Below are positions 46,713 through 57,985 of a stretch of DNA of 64,000 bases, one piece after another; position 1 is the stretch's first letter; every line of letters begins with the position of its first letter. A program made the position numbers and the translations under genes. Source of the stretch: an uncultured Gammaproteobacteria bacterium (GTDB lineage Bacteria; Pseudomonadota; Gammaproteobacteria; DRLM01); the NCBI GenBank assembly GCA_963729605.1, contig CAVSNY010000006.1:32001-96000 (forward strand), given 5' to 3'. The notes under the pieces are model-generated. The model did not search any database and had not been told where the DNA came from. It was given only the letters and a program-made list of their open reading frames with translations.

Positions 46713-48332
46713 GTGAGTGATCCATCCCAAAAAATCTCCGCCGCCATCGCCTGGGCGCCGCTGCGCAATCCGGTGTACCGGATGTTGTGGCTGGCCTCGC
46801 TGGTCTCCAACATCGGCTCGTGGATGCATGAGGTCGGTGCCGGCTGGTTGATGACATCGCTGGCGCCCACGCCGCTGATGGTGGCGCTGGTGCAAGCCGC
46901 CACCACCGCGCCGGTGTTCCTGTTGGCGCTGCCGGCGGGGGCGCTGGCCGACATCATCGACCGGCGGCGGTACTTGATCGTCACCCAGATTTGGATGATG
47001 ACCACCGCGACGCTGCTGGGCGGCTTGACGCTGGCCGGCTTGACGACCGCGCCGCTGTTATTGTTATTTACCTTCGCCCTCGGCATGGGCACCGCGATGA
47101 TGATGCCGGCCTGGGGCGCGGTCACGCCGGAGTTAGTGCCGCGCGCCGAGCTGCATGCGGCCATCAGCCTCAACACCATCGGCATGAATATCGCGCGCAC
47201 CATCGGTCCGGCGTTGGCGGGTTTGATCGTCGCGGCGGCCGGGCCGGGCGCGGTTTTCGTACTCAATCCCCTGTCGTTTCTTGCGGTGATCTTCGCGCTG
47301 AAGAGCTGGCGGCGCGCGCCGCGGCAAAGCGAGTTGCCCGCCGAACGGTTGTTCGGCGCGGTGCGCGCCGGCCTGCGTTACGCGCGGCATTCCATCGAAC
47401 TGCGGGCGGTGTTGTGCCGTGGCGCCGGTTTTTTTGTCTTCGCGAGCGCCTCCTGGGCCTTGCTACCGCTGATCGTACGCCAGGAACTCAACAGCGGTCC
47501 CGGCACCTACGGATTGTTTCTGGCGTGCATGGGTATCGGTGCCATCGCCGGCGCGCTGCTGCTGCCGCAAGTGCACGGCCGGCTGTCGCGGGACCACCTG
47601 GTGGCCGGGGCCACCCTACTCTATGCCCTGGCCATGCTGGCGCTCGCTCACAGCGGCCATGTGTACACAGCGGCGCTGGCCATGCTGTTGACGGGACTGG
47701 CCTGGATCAGCGTGGTATCGTCGCTGATGACCGCTACCCAGACCGCCCTGCCGGGCTGGGTGCGGGCGCGCGGCCTCGCGCTGTTCTGGGTGGTCTTCAT
47801 GGGCGGCATGGCGGCGGGCAGCGCCTTGTGGGGGCAGGTCGCTTCCTGGTTCGGCATCCCCGCGGCGCTGACCCTGGCCGCACTCGGCGCGGTGATCGGA
47901 ATGGCCGCGACCTGGCGCTTCCGCATCGGACTACACGACATCGCCGACCTTTCGCCGTCGCTGCACTGGCCTACCGCCACGACCGCCGACACCCTCGATA
48001 TGGATCGCGGCCCGGTGATGGTGACGGTGGAATACCGCATCGATCCGGCGCGAATCGGCGAGTTCAGCCGCATCATGCGGCAAATGCGCAGGGCCCGGCG
48101 ACGCGACGGCGCCTTCATGTGGGAACTGTTCAGCGATATCGAAGACCCCGGCCGCCAAGTAGAATGTTTCATGGTCGAATCGTGGATCGAACATTTGCGT
48201 CAGCACGAACGCGTCACGTTCGCCGATCGCGACATCAGCAACCGGGTGCGTACTTTTCACCTCGGTACCGAATCGCCCAAAGTGACTCATCTGGTCGCGA
48301 GCGGCTGGCCGCCGCGCGAATTCATTTCCTGA
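46713..48332 (+). CDS. MFS transporter (MFS_3-like) with soluble C-terminal domain
   Basis: SNIGSWM, PAGALADIIDRRR, about 12 TM segments, C-terminal GPVMVTVEYRI..RRRDGA..W.EHLRQHER. Confidence 0.88.
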   Translation: MSDPSQKISAAIAWAPLRNPVYRMLWLASLVSNIGSWMHEVGAGWLMTSLAPTPLMVALVQAATTAPVFLLALPAGALADIIDRRRYLIVTQIWMMTTATLLGGLTLAGLTTAPLLLLFTFALGMGTAMMMPAWGAVTPELVPRAELHAAISLNTIGMNIARTIGPALAGLIVAAAGPGAVFVLNPLSFLAVIFALKSWRRAPRQSELPAERLFGAVRAGLRYARHSIELRAVLCRGAGFFVFASASWALLPLIVRQELNSGPGTYGLFLACMGIGAIAGALLLPQVHGRLSRDHLVAGATLLYALAMLALAHSGHVYTAALAMLLTGLAWISVVSSLMTATQTALPGWVRARGLALFWVVFMGGMAAGSALWGQVASWFGIPAALTLAALGAVIGMAATWRFRIGLHDIADLSPSLHWPTATTADTLDMDRGPVMVTVEYRIDPARIGEFSRIMRQMRRARRRDGAFMWELFSDIEDPGRQVECFMVESWIEHLRQHERVTFADRDISNRVRTFHLGTESPKVTHLVASGWPPREFIS

Positions 48333-48508
48333 TCATCGATAACGACCGGCGTCGCGCGCGGCGGTCAGACTCCCCGAATAAAATCCGTTTACAAGATCGA
48401 ATACTATAATCAACACAGCGGCGACGAAAACTGGTTTGAGTTCTGTTCGCCAGACCGCTATTGCGAATAAACCCGATTTGGTACGAAGCACGGCGAGAGG
48501 AGTAATAC

Positions 48509-50554
48509 ATGGCGATCCGGCTCCGCGTACTGCTGCTGGAAGATTCGGAGGACGACGCGGAATTGCTGCTGCGCCAGTTGCGGCGCGGCGGTTATGATCC
48601 CGTTTACACCCAGGTACAAACCGCCGAGGCGATGACGGCCGCATTGGCCGAGCACACTTGGGACATCGTCCTTTCCGACTATTCCATGCCCGGTTTCAGT
48701 GCGCCGGTCGCACTGGCCCTGCTGCAGAAAAGCGGAATAGACCTGCCCTTCATCATCGTATCCGGCACCGTCGGCGAAGATTTGGCGATAGCGGCCATGA
48801 AGTCCGGCGCCCATGATTTCATCATGAAAGGTCAATTGAAGCGATTGATACCCAGTATCGAGCTGCGTATGCGCGAAGCCGCCGCACGCCGGGAATATCA
48901 ACAGGCGCAGAAAAATTTGCGTTTGAGCGAAGAACGTTTCCGCCAGTTGGCCGAGAGTATCACCGAGGTGTTCTGGATGACCGATCCCGCCAAAAATGAA
49001 ATCCTCTATATCAGCCCCGGCTACGAGAAAATCTGGGGACGGACCTGTGAAGATTTGTATGCGAACCCCGCCGCGTGGATGGAAGCGATACATTCGGACG
49101 ATCGTGAAAGAGTCATGGGGGCGGCGAGGACCAAGCAGGTCTTGGGCAGTTACGATGAGGAATACCGGGTGATCCAGCCCGATGGCACGCTGCGCTGGAT
49201 CCGCGACCGCGCCTTTCCCATCAAGGACGAAACCGGACGGGTCTACCGGGTCACCGGTATCGCCCAAGACATCACCGACCGCAAGCTCGCGGAAGACCAA
49301 CTGCGTAATGCCAAGGAGTTTTCCGAGACCCTGATTCAAACCGCCAATGTGATCATTCTCGGCCTGGACATCGACGGCAACATCGACATCTTCAACGAGA
49401 CCGCCGAAAAGATCACCGGTTATACCCTCGCGGAATTGAAACACAAAAATTGGTTTGAGATTCTCACCCCCAAGGAACGTTATCCGCGGGTTTGGGAAGA
49501 ATTCAGCCGCCTCACCAGCGGTGGCATACCCCAGGTCTTCGAGAATCCCATCCTCACCAAAACCGGCGAAGAACGCCACATCATGTGGCAGAACAACCAA
49601 GTGAGAGCCAACAACGAAATCATCGCCACCATCTCCTTCGGCAACGACATCACCGAGCGCAAGCAGGCGCAGGAAGAATTACAACGCCGGCATGAGGAAC
49701 TCATGGCCACCAACCGCCGCCTCGAAGAGGTCAACAATCAATTATTGCAGGCCGAAAAGATGGCCGCCATCGGCCAAATGGCCGCCGGGGTCGCCCATGA
49801 AATCAACAATCCGGTGGGTTACGTCCGCTCCAACCTGGACACCTTGCAGAATTATGTCAGCCAGCTGCTGCGGATAGTGGACGCCTATACCGAAACGGAA
49901 GGCATGCTGAACACCCACCGGTCGCTATTCGAACCCATCCACCGTCTGAAGGAGAGCATCGAGCTGGACTATCTCAAGAACGACGTCGTGGAATTGCTAA
50001 AAGAATCCAAGGAAGGGGTAAACCGGGTACAACAGATCGTGAGGGATCTCAAAAGTTTTTCCCACGTCGACGAGGAGGATTGGCTGTGGAGCGATTTGCA
50101 CGATGGTTTGAACAGCACCTTGAACGTCGCCCACCACGAACTCAAGTACAAGGCGCAAGTGATCAAGGAATACGGCGATATCCCGCAGATTCAATGCCGC
50201 CTGTCCCAGCTCAACCAGGTCTTCATGAATCTCCTGATGAACGCGGCCCATGCCATCAACGACCGCGGCACCATCTGGATACGCACCGGGGCCGACGCCG
50301 ATTGGGTATGGGTGGAAATCGAAGACAGCGGCAAGGGGATAGCGCCTGAAAATCTGAGCCGGATCTTCGACCCGTTCTTCACCACCAAACCGGTGGGCAA
50401 GGGTACCGGACTCGGGCTCTCGCTTTCTTACGGCATCGTCGCCAAACACCACGGACGGATCGAGGTCGATAGCCAACCGGGCAAGGGCGCGCGGTTCCGG
50501 ATCTGGTTGCCGCAGCGCCATCACGACCCTGAGCAAGAAATCACGCCGATTTAG
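48509..50554 (+). CDS. REC-PAS-PAS sensor histidine kinase
   Basis: [11 protein letters not shown], two PAS/PAC (DITDRK, DITERK), [34 protein letters not shown]. Confidence 0.92.
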   Translation: MAIRLRVLLLEDSEDDAELLLRQLRRGGYDPVYTQVQTAEAMTAALAEHTWDIVLSDYSMPGFSAPVALALLQKSGIDLPFIIVSGTVGEDLAIAAMKSGAHDFIMKGQLKRLIPSIELRMREAAARREYQQAQKNLRLSEERFRQLAESITEVFWMTDPAKNEILYISPGYEKIWGRTCEDLYANPAAWMEAIHSDDRERVMGAARTKQVLGSYDEEYRVIQPDGTLRWIRDRAFPIKDETGRVYRVTGIAQDITDRKLAEDQLRNAKEFSETLIQTANVIILGLDIDGNIDIFNETAEKITGYTLAELKHKNWFEILTPKERYPRVWEEFSRLTSGGIPQVFENPILTKTGEERHIMWQNNQVRANNEIIATISFGNDITERKQAQEELQRRHEELMATNRRLEEVNNQLLQAEKMAAIGQMAAGVAHEINNPVGYVRSNLDTLQNYVSQLLRIVDAYTETEGMLNTHRSLFEPIHRLKESIELDYLKNDVVELLKESKEGVNRVQQIVRDLKSFSHVDEEDWLWSDLHDGLNSTLNVAHHELKYKAQVIKEYGDIPQIQCRLSQLNQVFMNLLMNAAHAINDRGTIWIRTGADADWVWVEIEDSGKGIAPENLSRIFDPFFTTKPVGKGTGLGLSLSYGIVAKHHGRIEVDSQPGKGARFRIWLPQRHHDPEQEITPI

Positions 50555-50783
50555 TGATTTTGCCCGACTCTCGCGCCGCGCGGCGGCGATCCGCCGTCCC
50601 TCATGTCATTCCGGCGCCTATTTCCGGCAACTATTCCCGCTCACCGCGATAAAGCGGACCCGCGTCCGCTACCCAAGCGGCGCGGGAATCGGTACCATAC
50701 CCCGCCGCCATGGCGCGGGCGGGACTCTCTATAAACTATATAAACAAACGCGCGCGGCCTCGGCGACATCGACAACTCGACTC

Positions 50784-51485
50784 ATGTGGAAACGCTTTCT
50801 TCGCTTCTTAAAAATCCCGGTGCTGATCCTGGCGGCGGCCTTCGTCGGCTACGAACTGTGGGTCGCGGCCTGCGTGGCCTGGTGGGTCAAACACAATCCG
50901 CAGTCCAGCGCCTTCATGGAAGACCGGCACGCGGTGTTGCGCGAGAAAAATCCGCGGGCCGAACTCAAACAGCGCTGGGTGCCTTACGCACGAATCTCGC
51001 CCCACCTCAAACGGGCGGTGATCGCCTCCGAAGACGCGACCTTTACCCAACACGGCGGTTTCGATTGGCAAGCGCTGGAGAAAGCCTTGAATAAAAACTT
51101 AAAGAAAGGCCGCATCGTCGTCGGCGGGTCCACGGTCAGCCAGCAGCTCGCGAAAAATTTATTCCTGTCCGGCAAACGGACCGTGTGGCGCAAGGCGCAG
51201 GAGGCGTATATCACCGTGCTGCTGGAGCTGATGATGGATAAGCGCCGCATCCTGGAAATCTATCTGAACATCATCGAATGGGGCAACGGTATATTCGGCG
51301 CCGAGGCCGCCGCGCGGCATTATTTCGGCGTGGGCGCCGCCGCGCTTACGCCCCGGCAGGCCGCCCGCCTGGCGGCGATGATCCCCAATCCCCGCTACTA
51401 CGACCGCCATCGCCAAACCCGATATTTGCAGTACCGCACCACGGTCATCCTGGCCCGCATGCCCGGCGCCGCGATTCCACGGTAA
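50784..51485 (+). CDS. mtgA: Monofunctional biosynthetic peptidoglycan transglycosylase
   Basis: ASED..F..H.GFD, GGSTVSQQLAKNLFL, RKAQE, KRRILEIYLN. Confidence 0.95.
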   Translation: MWKRFLRFLKIPVLILAAAFVGYELWVAACVAWWVKHNPQSSAFMEDRHAVLREKNPRAELKQRWVPYARISPHLKRAVIASEDATFTQHGGFDWQALEKALNKNLKKGRIVVGGSTVSQQLAKNLFLSGKRTVWRKAQEAYITVLLELMMDKRRILEIYLNIIEWGNGIFGAEAAARHYFGVGAAALTPRQAARLAAMIPNPRYYDRHRQTRYLQYRTTVILARMPGAAIPR

Positions 51486-51502
51486 ACCGGCCGGCGAATG
51501 GT

Positions 51503-51736
51503 TTACCGGCTTTGCCGCGCCAGCGCCTGATCGCGCTGGCGCGCGGAATCCAGCAAGACCGCCTCGACCCCTTTGCTCTTGTCCAAGGCCTGCGTTTGTT
51601 GAGTCCATACATGCTCGGGCGATTTTTTCTCGGCCACGGGATTGGCATGTTCGGCGGCGGGCGCGCTGCCGCGCTGGGAACAGGCCGCGCCGGCGGCCAC
51701 GCTCAAGATCAACACACTCATTTTTATTTTATGCAT
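51503..51736 (-). CDS. Small putative lipoprotein
   Basis: GGAG RBS, lipobox AGAA-C, helical QTQALDKSKGVE C-terminus. Confidence 0.65.
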   Translation of the reverse strand: MHKIKMSVLILSVAAGAACSQRGSAPAAEHANPVAEKKSPEHVWTQQTQALDKSKGVEAVLLDSARQRDQALARQSR

Positions 51737-51887
51737 CGTTGTCTTCTCCAACCGGTCAACCGTCATGCGCGGCGCTCCCGCGCAAAAAACTATCGCCCAC
51801 TCGCTATCGGCCCCATCGCTCATCCCCTAAACCGGGCGCAGCGGGTACACTAAGCGGATGCTCAACATCCATCGACTCTAGCGCGGC

Positions 51888-52976
51888 ATGAAGACCTCCG
51901 ACTCCAATCCCGCCCTGCCCCTGCTGGGGCTGGTGATCCTGGTTGCGATCATCGCCGCCCTGTTGCTCGGCAAGGGCCGGTCCGACACCGACCCCGTCGT
52001 CGAACAAGAGGGCTGGCGCGCCACCACGCCGTTTCAGATCCCGCGCCGCGCCCTGGCCGCGGCGGCCACCACCAGCCACGTCTACGTCATCGGCGGCATG
52101 GACGACGAGGACCGCTACGTGGCGGAAGTGGAATACGCGCCCATCCTCGCCGACGGGCGGCTGGGTCCTTGGCGCTACACGGAACCGCTGGGCGAACCGC
52201 GTTTTTATCTCGCGGCGGCGGTGCACAACGGTTATCTCTACGCCATCGGCGGGGCCAACGGCGAACGCGGCAAAGACAACATCCCCAGCGCCACGGTCGA
52301 ACAGGCCCGTATCCTGCCCGACGGCAGCCTCGGTCCCTGGCGGCGCGCGGCCTATCTCACCACACCGCGGCGCGGCCTGCAGGCCGTGGCCTACGGCGAT
52401 CGGCTCTACGCCATCGGCGGCTACAACGGCGCCTTTCTCAAATCCACGGAACACACGCGAATCACCGCCGACGGCGGGCTGATGGAATGGCGGTTGGACC
52501 CGCAGCAAGCGGTAGTGGATCGCTACATCCACTCCGCCACGCATTACGGCGACAAACTCTATTTGCTCGGCGGCCACGTGCAGGGCGCGGATACCATGAG
52601 TTATGGCGATGTGGAGATGAGTTCGCTTAACGCGGACGGCGGACTTTCGCCTTGGCAAATACAAAAATCCATCTTGCGGACGCCGCGTTTCATCGCCTCC
52701 GCCTTCGCCATGAACGGTTACATCTATATGCTGGGCGGCCACGACGGCGGCAACCGTTTGCAGGGCGTGGAGTTCGCGCAATTGGACGCGCGCGGCGGCG
52801 TGGGCGCATGGTCGCCGGCGGCGCCGCTCATCGAGGGCCGCAGCGCGACCGCGCTGGCGACGAATGGCGATCGGGTTTACGTGTTCGGCGGCATGGGGCG
52901 CACGGGCGCGCTCAACAGCGTGGAAATGGCCCGGCAGTTGAACCAGGGCCGTTTGGGTCACCGGCGCGGCGAGTAA
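51888..52976 (+). CDS. Membrane-anchored Kelch-repeat beta-propeller protein
   Basis: N-terminal TM; six Y(V/A/L/M)xGG blades linked by DG.L..W..PR motifs. Confidence 0.85.
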   Translation: MKTSDSNPALPLLGLVILVAIIAALLLGKGRSDTDPVVEQEGWRATTPFQIPRRALAAAATTSHVYVIGGMDDEDRYVAEVEYAPILADGRLGPWRYTEPLGEPRFYLAAAVHNGYLYAIGGANGERGKDNIPSATVEQARILPDGSLGPWRRAAYLTTPRRGLQAVAYGDRLYAIGGYNGAFLKSTEHTRITADGGLMEWRLDPQQAVVDRYIHSATHYGDKLYLLGGHVQGADTMSYGDVEMSSLNADGGLSPWQIQKSILRTPRFIASAFAMNGYIYMLGGHDGGNRLQGVEFAQLDARGGVGAWSPAAPLIEGRSATALATNGDRVYVFGGMGRTGALNSVEMARQLNQGRLGHRRGE

Positions 52977-53054
52977 TTCCGCTTAGGAAGCGCATCATCG
53001 CTGTAATACGATGGAGGAATGCAGCACGCGCGCCCTGAATTTTCAGAGTACTTT

Positions 53055-54704
53055 TTAAAAATGCGCCCAATCGACCTGGGGACCGGTCTCCTCCAGCCAG
53101 CGGGTAAGCTGTTCGGCGGTCAGGGGCCGACTGATGTAATAACCTTGCGCGAAGTCGCAGCCCAGGGCGGACAACAAACACCAAGTCTTGTAAGACACCA
53201 CGCCTTCCGCAACGGTCTTTAAACCGAGGTTATGTGCGAGATCGACCGTGGCGTGCACGATCACGCTGTCATCATTATCCTCGCTCATGTTGAGGATGAA
53301 GGATTTGTCGATCTTGAGTTCATGCACCGGCAATTGCTTGAGATAGGTCAGCGACGAATAGCCGGTGCCGAAATCGTCGATGGACAGCTTGATGCCGAAG
53401 CCGTGCAATTGATCGAGCACTTTGAGGGCGTGCTGCGGATCGGTCATCACCGCGCTCTCGGTAATCTCCAAATCCAGCCATTCGGGTTTGGCGCTGCAAC
53501 CGCTGAGTACATCCAATAATTGATCGGGCAGATCCTCGTCCTGCAGATTGCACACCGAGAGATTGATCGCGACGTTCAAGGGATAACCGCTGGCCCGCCA
53601 TTTCGCGCATTGCGCCATGGCGGTGCGGGTCACCCACAAACCCAACGGCCGGATGAAGCCGGACTGTTCGGCGAGATGGATGAAACTGTCGGGCGACAAT
53701 AAATCATAGTGGGGATGTTGCCAGCGCACCAAGGCCTCGACGCTGATCATCCTGCCTGACTTCATGTCCACTTTCGGCTGGTAGTGCAGCACCAGTTCGT
53801 TATTTTCCAGGGCTTGGTGCAGTTCGCTTTTGAGTTTGAGATTATTGGGGCTGCGAGGCTGTTCCGGGTGGTAGGTGGCCTGCGAGTCGTGGGAATCCTT
53901 GGCCGTGCTCATGGCCAGGTCGGCGTGCTGGATTAAGGCCTGGGCGTCTTTGCCGTGGGCCGGATACAGCGCGATGCCGAGACTGGCGCTGAGCTGTATC
54001 CGCTGTCCCTCCACCTCCAAAGGTTCGCGCACCGCCTGCAATAACTTGGCGGCGACTTGTCTGGCCTGATCGACGGATTCGGTGGTGGGCAACAGCACCG
54101 CGAATTCATCGCCGCCCAGCCGCGCCACGGTATCCGATTCGCGCAGTTCGCCGGACAGGCGCGATGCCAATTGCTGCAACACCCAATCACCGGCGTAGTG
54201 GCCGTATTGATCGTTGACGTCGTGAAAATCGTCGAGATCGATGATGAACAATGTGAAGGGACTGCCGAGACGCTTGCCGGTGAGTATGCTTTGGTGCAGG
54301 CGGTCGTAAAACAAGATGCGGTTGGGCAAACCGGTCAGGGAATCGTAGACCACCTGATATTCCAAGGCCGCGCGTTTGGTGACCCGTTCGCCGACGTCGC
54401 GAATCAGCAAAATAAAAAAACTGCCTTTATCGCACAAGGACTCGCTCAACACCACCTCCACCGGGATGGTGGTGCCGTCGCGGCGATGGGCCTTGGCTTC
54501 GTAGCTGTTCTCCAAAGGCCGCGAGGACTGGCTGAGTTCGGCGGCCAGGTACAGCCCCGGTATCAGCAATTCGATATTGCGGCCCTTCACATCGCTCAAG
54601 TCATAACGGAAGATTTCTTGGGCAACGGCGTTAAGCGATTCGATGGCGCCCTGATCATTAATGATGACTATGCCATCGTAGCGAGACTTGAGGGCTTTTT
54701 TCAC
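53055..54704 (-). CDS. PAS-GGDEF-EAL protein
   Basis: PAS, DSLTGLPNR, RESD I-site, RLGGDEF, VEALVRW, DDFGTGYSS, VAEGV. Confidence 0.92.
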   Translation of the reverse strand: MKKALKSRYDGIVIINDQGAIESLNAVAQEIFRYDLSDVKGRNIELLIPGLYLAAELSQSSRPLENSYEAKAHRRDGTTIPVEVVLSESLCDKGSFFILLIRDVGERVTKRAALEYQVVYDSLTGLPNRILFYDRLHQSILTGKRLGSPFTLFIIDLDDFHDVNDQYGHYAGDWVLQQLASRLSGELRESDTVARLGGDEFAVLLPTTESVDQARQVAAKLLQAVREPLEVEGQRIQLSASLGIALYPAHGKDAQALIQHADLAMSTAKDSHDSQATYHPEQPRSPNNLKLKSELHQALENNELVLHYQPKVDMKSGRMISVEALVRWQHPHYDLLSPDSFIHLAEQSGFIRPLGLWVTRTAMAQCAKWRASGYPLNVAINLSVCNLQDEDLPDQLLDVLSGCSAKPEWLDLEITESAVMTDPQHALKVLDQLHGFGIKLSIDDFGTGYSSLTYLKQLPVHELKIDKSFILNMSEDNDDSVIVHATVDLAHNLGLKTVAEGVVSYKTWCLLSALGCDFAQGYYISRPLTAEQLTRWLEETGPQVDWAHF

Positions 54705-54782
54705 GAGTGTGGTCCTTTATCCGAGCTGCGCTGAGGCGCTGAGGCGCCACGTCCCGACATGGCGTATGTAACCGTAAGTCAT

Positions 54783-54809
54783 AAAACGGCGGGGGGATGA
54801 AAATCTTTA
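54783..54809 (-). promoter_or_regulatory. Putative sigma28 promoter
   Basis: Minus strand TAAAGATT-N11-GCCGTTTT about 80 bp upstream of the PAS-GGDEF-EAL gene. Confidence 0.55.
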
Positions 54810-54876
54810 GCTTGGGACGGCTAGGGCTTTTACTAAAATCGGCGCCGGCCGCGGTGAAAACGACGAATCGGCCGGC

Positions 54877-57543
54877 TCACGCCGTGGCCTGGGCCTGCTG
54901 GGCGATCAAGGCCTTGAGTTCGGGGATACAGGAACCGCAATTGGTGCCGGCCTTGAGCGCCTGGCCGATGGCCTCGGCCGTCACCAGACCCTGCTGACGG
55001 ATGGCGCGGCTGAGGGTGTTGCTGCCCACGCCGAAACAACTGCACACGATGCGGCCGGCGTCCGGGCGGTCCTTGGGCGGCACGCCGGTGAGCAGGCTCA
55101 GCCGATCCTGCGGGGTCAAGGTTTCCTGCGCGAATAATTGCCCCAGCCAACTGCGCGGCGGCAGCTCGTTGCCCGGGGCGACGAACACGCAACTCTCCAC
55201 CCGCCGCCCCACCAGGCGCACACCGCGATAACGTCCGGCGCCGGCGTCGAGGTATTCCACCCATTCCTTGCCGGCCTGTTCTTCGCTGCAAAGCAGCGCG
55301 CGCGCCCAACGACCCCAATCGTCGGCAACGGTTTCACCGGCCAGTTCGTAACGCCAGAATTGCTGGCCGGGCGCCATCACCCAATATTCCAGCGCGGGGA
55401 GTTGCAGCCGGCGCCGTGACAAGATGAAGCCCTGCCATTTAGGTTGGTAGGCTTCCACCTGCACCGGCGTGTGTTTCAACTCCGGCTGGCCGGACACGGG
55501 ATCGGACTCGGGGTTGACCAGGGCGTCCACCCGGCCGCGCGCGGCGAACTGGTCGGTCCAATGCATGGGCACGAACACCTGGCCCGCCTGTTGTCCGTCG
55601 TTGCAGACGGCGCGGGCGAACATCTCGCCCCAGCGGCTGCGCAGACGAAGCAGCGCGCCGTCTTTGACGCGCAAACGCGCCGCGTCGCGCGGATGCAATT
55701 CCGCGTAGGGTTCCAAGGTATGCGCGGAAAGCCGCGGCGACTTGCCGGTGCGGGTCAGGGTGTGCCAGTGATCGCGTACCCGGCCGGTGTTGAGCACGAA
55801 GGGGTATTCAACGTCGGTGGCATGCACCGGCGCGCGCGGCGTCACCGCCACCAAACGGGCCATGCCGCTGGCGGTGAAGAAGCGGCCGTCGCCGAACAGC
55901 CGCGACGTGCCCGCCGGTTGCGCCGCGCTCACCGGCCATTGGATCGGCTGCAAGTCGGCGTAGGCCGCGTCACTCAACTCGGCGAGGCCGGAGAGATCGA
56001 AGTCGCGCGTGCCGTGATTTTCAAAACCGCTCAAGGCGGCGTGTTCGCGGAACACCGCGGCCGCGCTGTCATAGTCGAAGGCCGCGCCGTGACCCAAACG
56101 CCGCGCCACTTCGCTGACCATCCGCCAATCGGCTTTGGCCTCGCCCGGCGGCGGCAGAAAGGCGCACTGGCGCGAGATGCGCCGCTCCGAATTGGTGACC
56201 GTGCCTTCTTTTTCACCCCAGGCCAGCGCGGGCAGCAAGACATGGGCGAGCGCGGTGGTGTCGGTGCGGGCGATGCAATCGGACACCACCACCAGTTCGC
56301 AGCGCCGCAAGGCGTCGCGCACCCGGTCGGCGTCGGGCATGCTCACCACCGGATTGGTGGCCATGATCCACACCGCCTTGATGCGGCCGTCGCCGATGGC
56401 TTGAAACATGTCCACCGCCTTCAGGCCCGCTTGAGTGGCGATGCGCGGCGCCTGCCAAAAACGGCGCACGCGATCGACATCGGCTTCGGCGAAATCCATG
56501 TGCGCGGCGAGTTGATTGGCGAGGCCGCCGACCTCGCGCCCGCCCATGGCGTTGGGCTGACCGGTCACCGAAAACGGCCCCATGCCGGGCCGGCCGATGC
56601 GGCCGGTCGCGAGGTGGCAGTTGATGATGGCGTTGACCTTGTCGGTGCCGCTGCTGGATTGATTGATGCCTTGCGAATAGACCGTCACGGTCTTTTCGGT
56701 GCGGGCGAACAGGCCGTAAAACTCCGCCACGGCTTCTTCATTTAAGCCGCAGGCCGCCGCGACGGCGGGAATGGTCGCGGCGCCGTCGCGCGCCGCTTGC
56801 AACGCCTGTCCGTAATTTTCGGTGTGGCCTTCGAGAAAATTGAAATCGGCGCGGCCGTTCTGGAATAAATAGGCGAGCAGACCATTGAACAAGACCGCGT
56901 CGCTGCCGGATTTCAGAGGCAGGTGCAGATCGGCGATGTCGCAGGTCGCGGTGCGGCGCGGATCGACGACGATGAGTTTGCGTTTGGGATTCTGCTCTTT
57001 CGCGGCGCGGATACGCTGAAACAACACCGGATGACACCAGGCGGTGTTGGAGCCCACCAGCACCAGCAACTCGGCCTGCTCCAGGTCTTCATAATTTCCC
57101 GGCACGCTGTCGCTGCCGAAGGCGCGTTTATGGCCGGCCACGCTGGACGACATGCACAAACGCGAATTGGTGTCGATGTTGGCCGAACCGATGAAACCTT
57201 TCATCAGCTTGTTGGCGACGTAATAATCCTCGGTGAGCAGTTGCCCGGAAACGTAAAAGGCCACGGCGTCGGGCCCGTGCCGGTCGATGATGCGGCGGAA
57301 GCCGGCGGCGACATGTTCAAGCGCCGCATCCCAACTCACGCGTTCACCACCGACCTGCGGATACAGGAGGCGGCCGTCGAGATCGACGGTCTCGCCCAGG
57401 GCGGAACCTTTGGAACACAAACGGCCGAAATTGGCGGGGTGCTGCTCGTCGCCTTTGATGCCTACGCGATAAGTCTCTCCCGGCGTGGCCAACACGCCGC
57501 AGCCGACACCACAATACGGACAGGTCGTGCGCACCGCTGCCAT
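54877..57543 (-). CDS. nasA: Assimilatory nitrate reductase catalytic subunit
   Basis: TTCPYCGVGCG, LCSKG, NSRLCMSS, GQPNAMGGRE, TGR..HWHT, C-terminal CSCF..GTNCGSC [2Fe-2S] domain. Confidence 0.95.
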   Translation of the reverse strand: MAAVRTTCPYCGVGCGVLATPGETYRVGIKGDEQHPANFGRLCSKGSALGETVDLDGRLLYPQVGGERVSWDAALEHVAAGFRRIIDRHGPDAVAFYVSGQLLTEDYYVANKLMKGFIGSANIDTNSRLCMSSSVAGHKRAFGSDSVPGNYEDLEQAELLVLVGSNTAWCHPVLFQRIRAAKEQNPKRKLIVVDPRRTATCDIADLHLPLKSGSDAVLFNGLLAYLFQNGRADFNFLEGHTENYGQALQAARDGAATIPAVAAACGLNEEAVAEFYGLFARTEKTVTVYSQGINQSSSGTDKVNAIINCHLATGRIGRPGMGPFSVTGQPNAMGGREVGGLANQLAAHMDFAEADVDRVRRFWQAPRIATQAGLKAVDMFQAIGDGRIKAVWIMATNPVVSMPDADRVRDALRRCELVVVSDCIARTDTTALAHVLLPALAWGEKEGTVTNSERRISRQCAFLPPPGEAKADWRMVSEVARRLGHGAAFDYDSAAAVFREHAALSGFENHGTRDFDLSGLAELSDAAYADLQPIQWPVSAAQPAGTSRLFGDGRFFTASGMARLVAVTPRAPVHATDVEYPFVLNTGRVRDHWHTLTRTGKSPRLSAHTLEPYAELHPRDAARLRVKDGALLRLRSRWGEMFARAVCNDGQQAGQVFVPMHWTDQFAARGRVDALVNPESDPVSGQPELKHTPVQVEAYQPKWQGFILSRRRLQLPALEYWVMAPGQQFWRYELAGETVADDWGRWARALLCSEEQAGKEWVEYLDAGAGRYRGVRLVGRRVESCVFVAPGNELPPRSWLGQLFAQETLTPQDRLSLLTGVPPKDRPDAGRIVCSCFGVGSNTLSRAIRQQGLVTAEAIGQALKAGTNCGSCIPELKALIAQQAQATA

Positions 57544-57553
57544 GGGCAACTCC

Positions 57554-57910
57554 TCAACGCGCGGCGCGCGCGCCGGCCAGTTGCAGATACACCACGCCGT
57601 CTTCCACTTTGACGGGATAGGAACCAGTCTGGCCTTGGTCGGGGGCCACCGCGCAGCCGCTGTTCAACTCGATGCACCAGTTGTGCAGCGGGCAGGCGAC
57701 CTTATGATCGAAGACGATGCCTTGCGACAACGGCCCGCCTTTGTGCGGACAACGGTCGTCGAGGGCGAAGACGTGATCGTCGCCGGCGCGGAACACCGCC
57801 ACGTCGCCGCGCGCCGTGCGCACCACCCGCGCGCCGAGGCGCGGGATGTCTTCCAGCCTGCCCACTTCCAACCAATCGTCCATCGTCAACACCGTTGCTG
57901 CACTGCTCAC
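57554..57910 (-). CDS. nirD: Nitrite reductase small subunit (Rieske)
   Basis: CPHKGGPLSQG and CPLH Rieske motifs; between nirB and nasA. Confidence 0.92.
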   Translation of the reverse strand: MSSAATVLTMDDWLEVGRLEDIPRLGARVVRTARGDVAVFRAGDDHVFALDDRCPHKGGPLSQGIVFDHKVACPLHNWCIELNSGCAVAPDQGQTGSYPVKVEDGVVYLQLAGARAAR

Positions 57911-57985
57911 ATCACACCTTTCATTACTATTGATCCGGCATCAAATACATCTGATTTAGGGCATCCCTCTGCCGACGGGGCCCTT

